Origin: Aplysia californica
Lineage: Eukaryota
Reading direction: 5' to 3'
NCBI RefSeq assembly: GCF_000002075.1
Contig: NW_004797271.1
Coordinates: forward strand, 4,047,378-4,111,377
DNA length: 64,000 nucleotides
The notes under the pieces were generated by a model. The model made no database searches and was not told the DNA's origin. It was given only the letters and a program-made list of their open reading frames with translations. Below, piece by piece: positions 25,295-39,600 of this stretch (position 1 is its first letter; each line of letters opens with the position of its first letter). The translations under genes were made by a program, and so were the position numbers.

Positions 25295-28200
25295 CTGAAA
25301 GGGGGGGTGGGGGTGAGAAAGAGTAGTTATTATATATGTGAATGTTTAACATCTACAGCGAAACAAATTTTATCATTAAGGAACTTGTCTGCTTTGACCA
25401 GTGCAAAGAGGGATACAACGTCCAAGCAGACAGACAGATCCTTGATAAAAAAGCTCCCACATGGGAATCAAACTTATGTCTTCTGAGCACAACATCGAAC
25501 AGTCTTACAATTACATTACATCACAAATGCTGGTGGGTTAATATTGAGTGATAGACAAGCACATAGGAGCAGAATTATGCATTGGGAAACCTTTTTATCT
25601 ACAGAATTTACCTAAAAAATGTACCCCTTTCTTGATTAGTAAAAGATGCTTTTATTGTCCATAAAATGTGAAGCGCTCTTACAAAATGAGTTACCGCTTG
25701 CAGTCCAAGAATAAAGACATCGGCTAAAAATCAACACTGGGGTCAAACTCGTAAGCCATTTTCTTCAAGTTTAACATGTCTTTTACTATTTCATAATTAT
25801 AAATTGTACAAACTCCACCTATAAATTAAATGTATCTATTTTAGAACAACCAGGCACAGAAGCACTAAGGACGAAAAAATAGAGCTTCGATCCACTTTAC
25901 TGACAAGCAAGCACGGCGACAAAATCTGCACTTTGAACACACAAAGAATTAGCTTTAAAAAAGAAGCTGCATGAAGACAACCCTGAGATCATCTTAAGAT
26001 TAACTGACTGTCTGCATAGATGAAAAAGAGCTAAACACATACCTGCCACTCTATGAAATCTCTAAATCAGGATCTCAGGGGGGAAAAAAATCGGAATTTG
26101 GTAAAAAAAAAAAAGTCAGGATCAACAGCAAATCACCAAGGTGACTGCCATGCTGACTTTGTTTGTGTGTGTGTGATTCATCATTATTCTTTCTTAAATC
26201 CTGAAGCAGCACTTCAAGCACTCTTAGTCCAAGTGTCTCCCCCTCCCCCCCCCCCCCCAACCAATAAGTCCCGAAAGACACTTTAACCAGTGAGCATGAA
26301 CTTAAGTTGATCCTATCAACAGACGGCCCCCAACACACGTGGAACTCACACGGCAAAGTCGTGTCAAGTGATGAGAACGTGCAACTGAAACAGTTTTACT
26401 GACAGCCCGAACTAACCGTGTGTTCACACCAAACACTCGGACGAGCTACAGTTGTTCCAGGCTAACAAAAACGGCCAAATCTCTTATCCTTCATTTGCAT
26501 TCAGACTAAAGCAACGACAACGACCGAGTGCTAGTCTAGTCAGTGCAGTTAGTTGTGTAAGGGTGAGAACGACTGTCACCTGTCCGAGTCTTTGGTGTGA
26601 ACGCGCCGTTACTAGACCTTGGACAAGGCTTGTTTTGAAAGTAACAGCAGAACTTCGAATATTATCGATTATTTGTATGTCGCAACTGTAACAGTTATCA
26701 GCCTATCGTCACAGAATTTTGAGTGTGGGCAAAGATCAAACACAACTTAGGGCGAATCAACTACATGCACTAAATCCGGCATCGGTATTTCGGAAAATAA
26801 TGCTCAGAGTTCCTGCTGACAAAAAGTTCAGCGGGTGCTTTCCGCGACAGAGAAGAAGGCAGAGTAAGTTTTTAGAAAAATGCGGCGCAATGGCAGGCTG
26901 GAATAAAAAACTGGGATACTCATGATCTTGTTCTAGTAAGAGTTTTACGGCAGCACAATAAGGTCATATAAGTGCCGAAGATTGTTTTACAAGAGAGTAA
27001 CAAACTCAAAATAGAAAGAGGGGAGATAAGGATGACAGATGTTTGATAGGAAAGAAGGAACAAACCACACCAGAGCACCCGCCAACCACCCACTACACAT
27101 GAGAGATCAAAATCGGGAAAATAGGGAAGCTTGAGATTTGGGGCAAAATATCGGGATATCGGATGAAAGGCAGGTCTGCATACATATTTAGTACTAGTAC
27201 AAAGCATTTACCTCGGTGAACTCTGTACATTTCTGGGCTGCAGCGTAGGCTTCATCCCAGTTCTTGTGTGCTATGTGGTAACTGGCCAGGTACTTGTAGG
27301 CTTGGCTTAGATCTTCATGGTTATGAATCTGGAGAAAAGAAGGAAGGCAATATTAGCAATGAACAATTTCTCAATAGATATTATGACAAGCTTATCCTAA
27401 CAAAAACTGGTCTAACAGGCAGGAAAATATTCACAAAAACAAGAAGCATATCTACATCCAAAAAAGAAAACAAAAGAATTAAACAAAATCGGGACTAACT
27501 TTTACGGAAAAGTTAACCATGCAGTTGATTGTTGAAGAAAAAAAAATAATTGATCTCACAATCACACACTTTATAATGAATATTCCTTTTCATAAGCTGG
27601 TGGTGTCTATTGATGAGTAACTAAATATGTGTCTTGATGTGGTGGAATCAGGCACTTATCAATTTTTGAGCATGTGGAGTAACTGGTATTTTCTTAAAGC
27701 TTGTTCATTTGTCTATCTTTTAATTAAAAAAAAGTACGCCTCTATCTTGAATAGAAGTTGAAATATTTGTGAATGAGCGAGGAGGGGGTAGACTGGTTTC
27801 AGAGAAAACGGGAGCCGAAGTTTGGCGATTTCCATAGCTTGAGAGTCTTTTTGGAAACTGAAAATTTACATTTTTGTGCCTTTAATCAATGTTTTCAGCA
27901 ACATCCACAGAGATATATGTTTTCAAACGATCATAAAAGGTGTTGAGCCAAAAAAATATACATTTAAAACAATTGTCATACTGAGAGAAAAATGCAGATA
28001 TCTTCCTTTTCATTATTTTGACATGAGCCTCATTTCACCACAATGCCTCACATATTGATCATCTTGTGTCTTCAAGTGCTGTCATACATCAGATAAAAAG
28101 AAGTGAAATGGCAGGCAATGTTATATTCTGGTACATATGACAACATTTAAATAAACGAAAAGGATGGTAAAACTTCTTTCAAGTGAAGCTGATATGTTAA

Positions 28201-31200
28201 GACATGAGGCCTTTCACACAAGTATCTTACCAGTAACCGATCAGCCTGGTTTATATATTCTGTGAAGGCTTGAAATGCTTGCTCCTTTTCATTCAGCATT
28301 TCATACAAGCTATGGAGGACAAACACAACAAGACAAATTCAGATAAGTGAATTACAAGAAGGATTCTGAAAACAGCATGGTCATCTGGTAAAGCAATTTC
28401 ACTTGCATCAGTGTCAGAGAGATACTGGTTCCCTTACACTTACATTCATAATAGTTGAGGCGACCAAGCGGAGGACTAGTGAGAGTAATAACCTCTACCA
28501 GTCACTGAAAGGTTCTGTCCCTTGCCTTTTGTGGAGTTCTAATCTACTCCTGGCTTGGTATCCCCCCCCCCTCCCGTGTAGGAAAATTGTATGTTCGTAT
28601 GCTGGTACCAATAACCTGCCATTTGCTAGAGCCAGAAAATGTGAATAGCCAGTATAATTTATTAAAAAATGGATGGATGATTTGACTATGAGAAACATAA
28701 TGCCAAGACATTTCTTAGTTTTACATAGAGACCAATCAACAGTCCTTTATGTTATAAATGTATACTACATGTGTAATGACATAATTTTAAACATACCCAT
28801 GACAGATGTTGCATTAAAAAACTACTACTTTTACTTTCTTTCAGACCTAAAAGAGGTCTTTTAAAGATATTTTAATGTGTCTTTTGTCTCCCTGTATAAG
28901 GATAAAACCAACGATTATAATAACAGAACCAGCACTGACAATGTTATCAAGAGACACAGACGGTGTAAAGCTCTGATCTAGTGTGAAACTTTGCAAATTA
29001 AATAAACACTTCCTGAAGCCAACAAGCTTTTCCTTCCATTTGCAAAAACCATTAACTGACTACTTCAAACAAAGCAGACAAGTACAAGAATATTAAAAAA
29101 ATATTGTAGACTGTGCTGTTCAAAATATGACTAGAACAAATCAATGGCAACCAAACTTACTTTGCCAATTTTACCAAGGCAATTGCTTGAGCATCTCCCA
29201 AACAATGTGCTTTCCAGAAGCACTTTTTGGCCTCTTGAAGCCTTTCCACTTTCTGATAGCATTCTCCCAAAGCAACGACCATCCTTGAATCATTCGGTCT
29301 GAAATGGAAAACAAACAAGATGTTTGAGTAAAATATACCCTTCTCTTAACAAGACTTTTAAAAAAAGAATATCCTCGTAAGGGGATGCTTTCAACTTCAG
29401 ATCTAATACAAAATAAATGTGTACTCGTTATAACCAGTCATTTGCAAAATATACCAAAGCACAACTGTTCAAACCATACAAATCGATTGAAAAAAACATG
29501 TTGCCTTAAACAGACAATTAACCTGTATCATTACCTGGCCACTTTAAAGTAAAAACAAACCAACTTCCATTGCACAGGATTGGGAAAATACAGTTTCTAC
29601 GAAAACAGGTTATTTTCAATAAAATTTGTTTAATGGTCCAGAAGTAAGAAATATCATAGCATAGGACATTGGTACTTATTAGTTTAGAACCAAACACCCA
29701 TGCAAACTGAAGCATAAATTATCTTCTCTTCAACTTATTTTGATCGCACACACACACAGAAAAACATAATTCTACATAAAGAGAATAGTATAAATACCAA
29801 AACCACAACTTACTTGAGAGCCTGAGCTTTCCTGTAGTAATACAGAGAATATGATGGCATTTTCAAGATCTCATATGTCTGTCCCAAGCCGTACCAAGCT
29901 CTGTAATCTCGTTTGTCAACCTCTAAAGCAGACAGAAAAATGAGCAAAAATCATTTGACAATTCACATCTTTTAAAACTAAGCAGCAAAACTACCATACA
30001 TGATTTACCCTTTTGAGGGCTCCCTATAAAACTCTTCAAAACCATGACAATAGAACATTCTGCACATCTATATAAAATAGATAGAGGAACAACATTCTTA
30101 TTTTCACACCTGTCAAATTAGCTTTGGAAGTATCATTAGTGCTCAATAACATTTCAATATGTTTCTTAGCCTGTTAACATACTAACAATTTTCTCTTATA
30201 TTGATTGAGAAAATAAAAACTGCTAATATTGGGTTTCTGTTGTTTCAAAATACAATGCTGTAAATACATCTTCCAAATACGTCTGCTTTTGACAACTCAT
30301 CTTTATCACTTGCCCCTCACGACTGCCAAATTATTACAAAACATGCACTCTCTATAACATGTGAGAAAAACATGTTTGTCTTTTGCAATACTTACACTGC
30401 TTTCACGAAACAATAATACTAACCTATCGACCTCCTGTAAGCTTGTATTGCTGCTGAAGTGTTTTTCATAGCCATGTACTCATGACCCATCAAAGTCCAT
30501 GCAGATATATAATTGGCATTCAGCTTCAAAGCTCTTTGAAAGTACAAGATTGACTTTTCATGCTGAGACCGCAGTGAGTAATAATTTCCTGTTCAAAGAC
30601 GAGAAAAACCCATTGTTAAGCAAATACACATCAAAGAAAGCACATCGATAAGAATAACAGGTATTCTATAAACATTTCAATTTGATTGTGAAACTCTTTC
30701 TGTGGTGTAAAAAATATATGAAACCAAAACAAATAATGGCCAGTATAAATACAGGTAGAAACATGAAAATGATGCCCAATGCATAAATTTTGGCAGGGCA
30801 TAAAGAAATTAACGCAGCAGCGAGAGATAAGCCAAAAATCTACAGGACCCCCCCTCTTTTATTGTTGAACAGCTGTGTTTATCCTGTTCAGAAAAGCAAC
30901 AAAGACAGAACTGGCAAAATAAAATACTCACCTATAACACAGCATGTTTCAACACAGTACTTGTTTATAGTGCAGCATCTGTGAGCAAGATGAGCCAGAT
31001 CACTCTTTTTCTCCTGTTGATAAGAATAAAACATATTTTCAAAGAGGTTTCTCCAACCTCAGAATTCCACTTGAACAGTATCAAAACTGACTGAAGCTAA
31101 ACATTGGCTGAATATTATAATGAGTTGTTTGGTGGATATAAAGCATAAGCATCTATGTTCATAAAATGAAAAACTTATATAAAAAAAAAGACCTGCAAAA

Positions 31201-34200
31201 GAATGAAGACGGCAGAGGGATATGCTGTCTTCAGAGAAATTTGCCCTCACAATTTTTGCCATTTTCGGGAATTCGCAAATTTTAGCCAATTTTCTGCAAA
31301 AGTTGGAAAAATAATACAATATCGTTAAAAATTTCCGAAAGTTTCTTCCACGACTAAAAATAACGACGCCAAGGGGGACAATTCATACCAGAAATAGATC
31401 TACCATCTCCTTTGTACGGGGTGCCAAGTGCCCATTGTGGATGGGATTGGGTCGGGTCAGGTCGGGTTGGGATGATCGCACGACTCGTCGCCTGAAAACG
31501 TGTTTGTTTTTGAGGCAACGAGTCGGGCGCGATTGATTTGTGCCACGATAGCCGCTTTGCGCCATCAATCTGGCGAGCAAACCGACCCGACCCCCCAATA
31601 GTCCTTTTTGGACTGAATCATCTTCTAGCTAGATCTAGAGAGTAAATCAATCGTAAACACGATCGTCTGATTACTTAGCTTGCTTGGTTCCCTAGCACCA
31701 GGTAGATAGATCTAGTATAAAAATTTGTTAAAGACTTTAAACCTTAGGCTAGGAGGGTAGATCTAGAAATGGATCGAGTCATCCAGGAAACCCCTAAAGG
31801 GGATGTTCAAATATAATCTTACACCTGGAAAAGGGGGGGGGGGCGTCTTTGACTCTTGCAAAAGAAAAGTGCAAGGAAGGGGAGAGGGGGGGGGGGTGTC
31901 TTGAACTTTTGAAAGGTGAAAAAATAATAAGGAAAATAATCCATGGCAACATAATTTTCTTTTAAATAACATAAAAAGAGAGTTAACTATACTATTCACT
32001 TAGACCGGTAAGCACGGCATTGTGGCGATACCAGTGCTTCCATCAGCGGAAGCTGAAAAGTAAGGAAAATTCTGCTGGGGGTCTGGGACAGCGTCCCGGT
32101 GGGGGTTCAGGGGGCTGAGCCCCCGAAGAAATTGAAATTTAGTACTTTTAGAGGGTTGAAAATGGCATTTGGGAGCCTGTTTGAAGAGATTGCCAACAAC
32201 CCATACTACTTATTTTTTTCACCAAGATTTTGTCTTGTATGATTTCTTCACACATATCTTTCCATTGCTGGCAATGTTTAAAAGCAGTTCCCCTTCCATT
32301 GCTACTATAATTCAATTAATTTGTCATTGCACCATTGATAGAAGGCAAACCTGGGAATAATGAATATATATATGTACCTTCACAATACAGTTGCCAAGTG
32401 TGTACCCTAATCTTTCCTCAATTTTCACGTCTGAATGTCGCACGTCACAATCTCGGAACACCACTTCGAATCTTTCTTTATTTTAGTAGTTTTAGCACAA
32501 ATTTCTTTCATCGCGTTCCCGTGCCGTAGAATCTTCACACTGATAATTTCTCTAGACCTAGACAATAAATTTGCGACAAAGTTTCTTTCTGAAGGTAATT
32601 TTCTAAGATCACAGGTCAATATACTTGATCAACGCGCAGATTTTTCCAGCCGCGGCAACAATCCGAAGATAGACAGACGGAATGAGGGAATGACAGAAGG
32701 GAGGAAAGTGACACAAAAATTCGCCAGATTTTGATCAATCTGCAGGTAAAAAAATTAACTGCCAACCAACCTGCAATAAATGCATGGGGCATAGCGGATT
32801 AAAGGCCGATGGCAGGAAATGCGCAATCTGGCAGGTTGCTATACCGTAACAAACTATTGCGAGAGAATTACCGTAAATATCCGTAACTTATACTATACAA
32901 GACAATACGAAGGCGAGCACGAGTCTTTTGCTACGGAATTTCAGTAGTCCTACGCTGTCGCAGATTTTTACGGAGGGTGTTGATAATGATGGAGGAACAA
33001 GTAGGGAACTGGCAGAAAGTAATTTCCGTAAAAATACAGAAGAGTGGAAGCACTGGATACAGTAGGTCCTCGATACGCAAGCACAAATTATGTGCCATCT
33101 CGCACTTTATAAACTGGTAGATATCAAGGCTACATGACATGTAGTCTAATTTTGATTACACAGGTGTGTTTAAAGTGGTAAAAATGACACCGTAAGTTTT
33201 TCTGGAAAAGAGGGGAGAACAAAGGTAAGAAAAAAGAAAAGTAGCGAGGGGGTGGTCAAAAAGTCCCCAAAAAGGTTTAAGATTATTTTGAACAGCCCTA
33301 AACCACGCTGGTCACACCTGCCCAACGTCAGCGAGAGTTTAAGGACGTAACGAATGTGTCAGGGGACCAACTTTTTTATAATCCATGCAACCTCCATGCG
33401 GTTTTTTTGGTTTTTCGGTAGACATTCACATTTAACTTTTGAGTTTGATCTAACAAAACTCATGTTGGTTACTTTGATTGCAATGAGCATACCAACAATG
33501 TGTTCCAATAATTCCATGACATTTTTTAGCTTCTATACACGTCTTGCAACTCTCCTTGCAATTTTTGCTATTTTCAAATACAACTTTCTGAGGACTGGAT
33601 ATGGAAATATTTCAAGAAACTTTTGGCGCAAATGTTAGAAGCGTAAGTGATAACAGACAAGGAGACAGATCCCAAGAGAGAGCTGATCAGTCACAATGAT
33701 CAGCTACAGATTTGTCTAAATGGGAGAAACTTCATAACAATTATAGAACGGACTTTTGCCAAGTGAAACACACATCTCTTACTGTGCCTGTATAAAGCAT
33801 TTACATTTCATTTCTAAAAACAGGTAACCACTCAATAATACGTAAGTAAACATTTCAAAACAGGAAGCATTAGCAAAGTACCTTAACATAGAGAAGATTG
33901 GAATAGATATCCATATTTTCCATTCTGTAAGGGTCCATTCCCTCAAGCAATTTGAACATGAGAACAGCCTGATCAACCTCTGGAGAAAAGAAAACATAAC
34001 AAGGATATCAGAAACCAAAAACAAGTGTCATATCTGCCTTACCAGCAATGTAAGTCGTGCAGCAAAATAAAAACGGAACTGAAGCAATTCAAATACTTAC
34101 ATAAAAACCTCATCTATGATGTGATCTACAGAATAAAGATTAACAACAAAGTATGTCTTAAAAAACAAAAATAAAACTTGACTGAAGGACTGTTGCTTCT

Positions 34201-36599
34201 CGATAATAATTTTCAGTACTCATTTACTTCCTTAAAGAAATCTTTAATAAAAATATTTATGTACATTTCTAGTTCCAAGATGAGGCTAAAAGGGAAATCT
34301 CTTACCCTTACACCCCCCCAACAAAATCACTTTGATGTTTTTGCAAAACTCGTCCCTCAATGTTCTGATGAAGATATGAACATGATCAAGGGCTTCCACT
34401 GGCCTACAAAGAAAAATGCTAAGGTACATATTATATACAATATAGAAGGTCTGATCACCTCGCATGTCATGGTAGGTCACAGCTCCTTGCGCCACTATGT
34501 AAGCACTCTGAGAGAAACCTTTGTCCATGAAAGCCTTGTAGATGAGCAAAGCTTCATCGTGAAGCTGGAGCTCCATGTACACTTTGGCCATGAACAGAAG
34601 TTTGATCCAGTGTTGAGGCAACTTTAGGGACATCAACTGTTGGAGAGAAATGAAAAACAAAAAAAATATATATTCTGCAATGGTTTGTCAGGAAAAGACC
34701 AAAATACTTTTCTTAGTTAAAGAAAAGTTCACAATGCAATGTAAAGGTAGTGGTGCACATAGGCAAAGAGTTGGGTTTTGTTTTGTGAGCTCAGGTACAG
34801 ATAAATTCATTGCAGAGTTTAAAAAAAATCACATCCCTGGTGCATGACTCAAACCGTGTTTCTACTAAATTAGGTCAAACACATTTTTTGGTCTGCATTG
34901 TTACTCACAACCATAATTACAATTAAACAATGCCAATCGGGCTTGCATACGTGGTGAAATTTTGGTTTCCGTTTGCGGCTGTATTTTTGGACCAGAGCAG
35001 AACGCAGGTGACATACTTTCTCAAACTCGGTCTGCTCTATTTCTAGACCAATATGAAGGAAACTTGGCAACCAATCAGTAAATAGGGCAAACTAATGATA
35101 TGTGGACATTGAAGTTTGTACCCATAAAAATTAACCTACACTTCTAGGGTCGGAAACACTTTCGTATCGGGTATTCTGTAAACTAAAAGGAGCTTATTTT
35201 CAACGCCAAGACAGTCCGCTGTCCAAAGACGCTTCGCACGGCGACCAGCCACCTTCCCCACACTCCCTAAGCAAATGCATGAGACCTACAAATCCCTGCA
35301 TGATTACTCCAAGCATGTTCACTGGTCACTTAAAAAAAGGCAATGGCAGGAGCGTGCATCCGGTTGCTTTTCTATCTGTTCCCCTGTAACATCATAATAG
35401 GTGTATTCGCGTCTCAACGGAAAAAACAATGGTTTTTAATTGTAATGCATATTAGGTGGAATTGAATTATAATTTATGGTTGGCATGGTCTAAAGTCAGC
35501 AAAGAAAATTTTGCCATTATTCAGTCACGCTGCCAACATATTCTTAAAGATACCATGTTGTGATACAATGCTATAAATAAAATGCTCTCATTTTGACACC
35601 CCTCTTTCTAAAAATCGTAATATGTACACGAAAATTTTAATTATGACAAAATAACTACAAAGTAGTAAATCTGACTGCCGAAATAATTTCTCAACTCAAA
35701 AAACCACATTGAGTAGTCAAGTTTCTTTCAAATGCTCCCATTAATTACTGAGATGTCGTAGTTTTTATTTACAGAATCTGTTGTTATGAGGTCCACTTTT
35801 TCGGAGTATTTTCCAATAGGGAGGTCAATCATGTTTTGCCGCACTTTATAATCCCATAACTTTATTTATGAACTGATTCTTTAAACAAAAAATGCATAAA
35901 GCTAAGAATAGAAAACCCTTTCTCGGGACTCTCGACGCCTAGAGGTTAAGGTGTTGGCCTCTCATTCAAAAGGTCCCGGGTTCGAATCCGGGTAGCGACC
36001 GAAAAATTCTTCTCTAAAAATTGTCTCCTTTCACCTCCTTTCCTGCTCTCTAGCAATGTTCTGTTGTCTGTTTTCGTTTCCACTTTCTGCCCCCACCCCC
36101 TTTGCCCCCTCCTCTGGGCTCCAGACTCTTTCTGCAGCCTTTCTACTGCTACTCCTTGGCCCCTCCTAACTGCTGTCTTTCTGCCACACCCCTGATCTTC
36201 TGGTAGGAAAGATCTACACCTAGCCTTCTCGGACAAGGGCGAAAAATCTTGGACGGCCCGTGTGCAAGTTGTGCACATTAAAGATCCCTTGGTGGTCTAA
36301 AATCGATAAGAGTAGGCTTCGGCCGCCATCCGGGCAAAATTCAAAATTTCCTACCAACTGAAAATATTAGGTGTGTCCCGCGCGCTCATATGACCTTATG
36401 CAGTTGCGAGCACCGTAAAAAAACTTACCAAACAAACAAACCCTTTCTTTGGTACCAAATAAAAAAGGGGCTAAAGCGAAAAATCAATTTTTCGTTTGCA
36501 CTGTAATACCATTGGTGATACCATAATAAAAAGAACACCTTACGCAAAATTTTGAGCAATTCCGGAAGACAATAAGAAAAAAGTACATTTTTTTAAACC

Positions 36600-36630
<31 letters not shown>

Positions 36631-39600
36631 GTTTGAGTTCTTAATTTGGTGGACATATGGTTCGAGTTGCGCTCTGACGATATGTAAACCAACTCTTTCT
36701 CAGGGTTTAAACTTTGCATGACTTCACACTGAACATTTTGATCTCACTGAAAAGGCCAACACAAAACTTTTAGAAAACGAGCAAATACTTTTCATCATGA
36801 ACTATTAACTGTCCAGTCTTGCCATGACAGGAAACTGGACATTTACTTTTTCTTTGTATTACACTTGGCCTTCAACATACCATTTCCTTGTCTGATATCA
36901 GCCTAGCTAGTTCCATCCATGCTGCCCAGTTCAGAGGTTCCATAGAGATCGACTCCACAAAAATATTCATTGCCAATGTATGAATATCCAGTTTTGCCAG
37001 AACAACACCATACCTGATACAAGATTCATAAGAAAATAAATTAAAATCTGAAATATTTGTATCTTTACGGCATTTCATTGAACCTGTAAAAACAGTAAGC
37101 CAGGATTATATTATATACTGCATTATTAAGGAGTGCCATAAAAGGTTAAAATCATCATTTTTAAGGGCACATCAGGATGTATCTTTGCACATTTTAGCAG
37201 TGTAGAGAAAGAATGATCTTACAAGTTTCAGCTTTTTGTCCATTTTGTAGCTATAGGCACAAGATTCATAAATAGTTTAAACATCTGGGCAACTAACAAC
37301 ATAATGTATTCAGATATGTGGGCCCCAAAAGAAAGACTGGGATGGAGAACCATAACCATCAATGTCTGCTCCAGATGAGACACTTAATAATGATGATGTA
37401 GCTAATGAAAAGGCAACACTTTTAAATTGTGATTCTATAAAAAGCCTACATTCAAATGCTATATTCTCCTATAATTTTAGTTAAATCGTTAGGGGATCTT
37501 TTATAATGTCAAGATTTGGATATGATCTAACTTTACGTGGAGTTGTATTCTGATAAATATTGCACAGTTCTTTTCTTCCTTAAATTCGTAATTACGGTTA
37601 TGGTAAATGAGTTAGACAATTTTTTGCAATATGCCAAGACACAACAAGTGGCAGAACAGGTTCATTTGGAGACAGGGAAACACAGATAGAAGCCAAAATT
37701 GTTATTGCTGAAAAACCAATCACAAAACTGGAAATGGTTCTTTTCATGTGTTACACTCTTCCAAAAGGAAAACTTGTTAAATAACATTTAAACATTTTGA
37801 TGGCAAAGGTTATCCAAACCTCTACTAAAACAAACAAATAAAAAGTTACCAGAATAAAATTTATCTTTTTTTTACTTCGTGTTTCATCAGGACTCTTATG
37901 ACATCACACGAATGGTATTTCAGCTTCCCCTTGCAAAACGTTTATGGACCTTGTAAGTATTAAGATGTTTTACAGTTTTACTACAAGATGACAAACAAAT
38001 ACTTAGAAAGAAAAGAAACATCGACAGCAGGAAGAAATGAGAATGACATAGGACCGTGTTATGGAGGAAAACGGCAAGAAACTCTTACCAGCCCTTATGA
38101 GGGCAATAAAAATCCAAAGTCAATTAGAAAACAGGACAAAATAGTAATGCCTTGTGGTATAAATGAGAGATGTTTTTAGTAATTATACTCTTGGTCAAGC
38201 AACTCTTGGGCTCATAATAAGTTACTGCTTTTCCTCCACCACCTGTTGGTCCCAGCTCTTCAGCATCCCCCCCCCCAACAACCAATAATTGTAAGGATAA
38301 CTAAGCCATCTTTTTTGCCACACAGAAATAACTAGGGGAGGAGGGGGGAAGGGAATGTAAACAGTACACTAAACAGAAAATACACCTAAAAAACAAAACC
38401 ATGTATGATAACCATATGTATTCCAAATTTTGACAATTACAGACTTCAACAAAAGTTAAGGACCCCCCTTGACAGACAGTCTTGATTTTTTTTTTTTAAT
38501 CCGAAAAAAAAAAAGACAGCAAGGAATGTTTCAAAGTTTTTGCTCTGAAAGTGTTAATGGGTTACCAAAGCGTTATGCAAAGCATCCTACAGGACCAAAA
38601 CCACGACATGGAGCACGGAAATCTTCGGGGAATTTTAGCCAAATTTGCTGTTTTTTATCGACTTGTGTGTGACACCAGACTTTCCTCAGTTAAAATTTCT
38701 GGTGCACGTCATAAACGGATGTACGGTCTCAAACTGTGCCCACTTTGGTGGCAATATAAGTCGTCGTTTGCGCAAATTCCAGTATCGCATCAACCTACCA
38801 CCAAGACGAAAGCTGAGAGACTTTGATCATGCCAGAGCTATGGCGTGGCGACAGGATGGAACTGGAGCCCGAGAAGTTGTCAGAAGGCTTGCAGTGTCAC
38901 ACTCTGTCATTGTCCGCCTGAGGCAGCACCATTCTCTCACTAGATCAGTCCAAGAACGCCCATGTGCAGGCCGACCCAAGACGACCACTCAGAGTGTTTG
39001 CAAGTGGTCCTTAACTTATGTTGAAGTCTGTTGTTTAAATGCACGCTTCTCAACTATCTCAAATAAAAAAGAAAAATTCTGCCTATTTATTGGAAGATGT
39101 GTTTTTAGGAATAAACATTAAAATCTAGCAGGAATATTTGGCCGAGTACTACTTCAATAAATGTTGGAAGCCACCAACAAACGCGTGTATGAAAAACTTA
39201 CAGATACAGTCCATATCCATCAAGTTTCTTTTTCACATATTTTTCGGCAAGTTCAGTCTGGAGAATTTTCAGAACCTCATTCTCAAATGGTTCAAGCTGG
39301 GCTGAAAAAGGAGGAAGAAAAAAACAAACAACAAAAACGGATTAACTTTCTCTCAGTAGAAAATTTAAAGACGTAAATCATTCAAATACAAAGCAGCACC
39401 ACAATGGGCTCAGTGCACAACACATCCATTCTAAATATTTATCTTTTTACCATGTTAGCAGGCTAGTATTTGCCGTTAGATATAAATGTAAAATATGATG
39501 GATTAAAAACTCCTTACTCAAAAGTATTCTTATCTTTTTATTTGCACGCACATAGCAACATTTTCTCCCAAATGTTATCACAACCCTGGAAAGAAAATTT

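Noticed and set aside
34286-34458. Extra CDC23 exon or extension in ORF 34286-34660
   Set aside because: This is intron read-through. The acceptor at ~34404 is out of phase, and exon 7 at 33979 fits homology.
35925-36000. tRNA genes at 35925 and 43961
   Set aside because: These are SINE heads: they continue into a shared body and tail and have TSDs.
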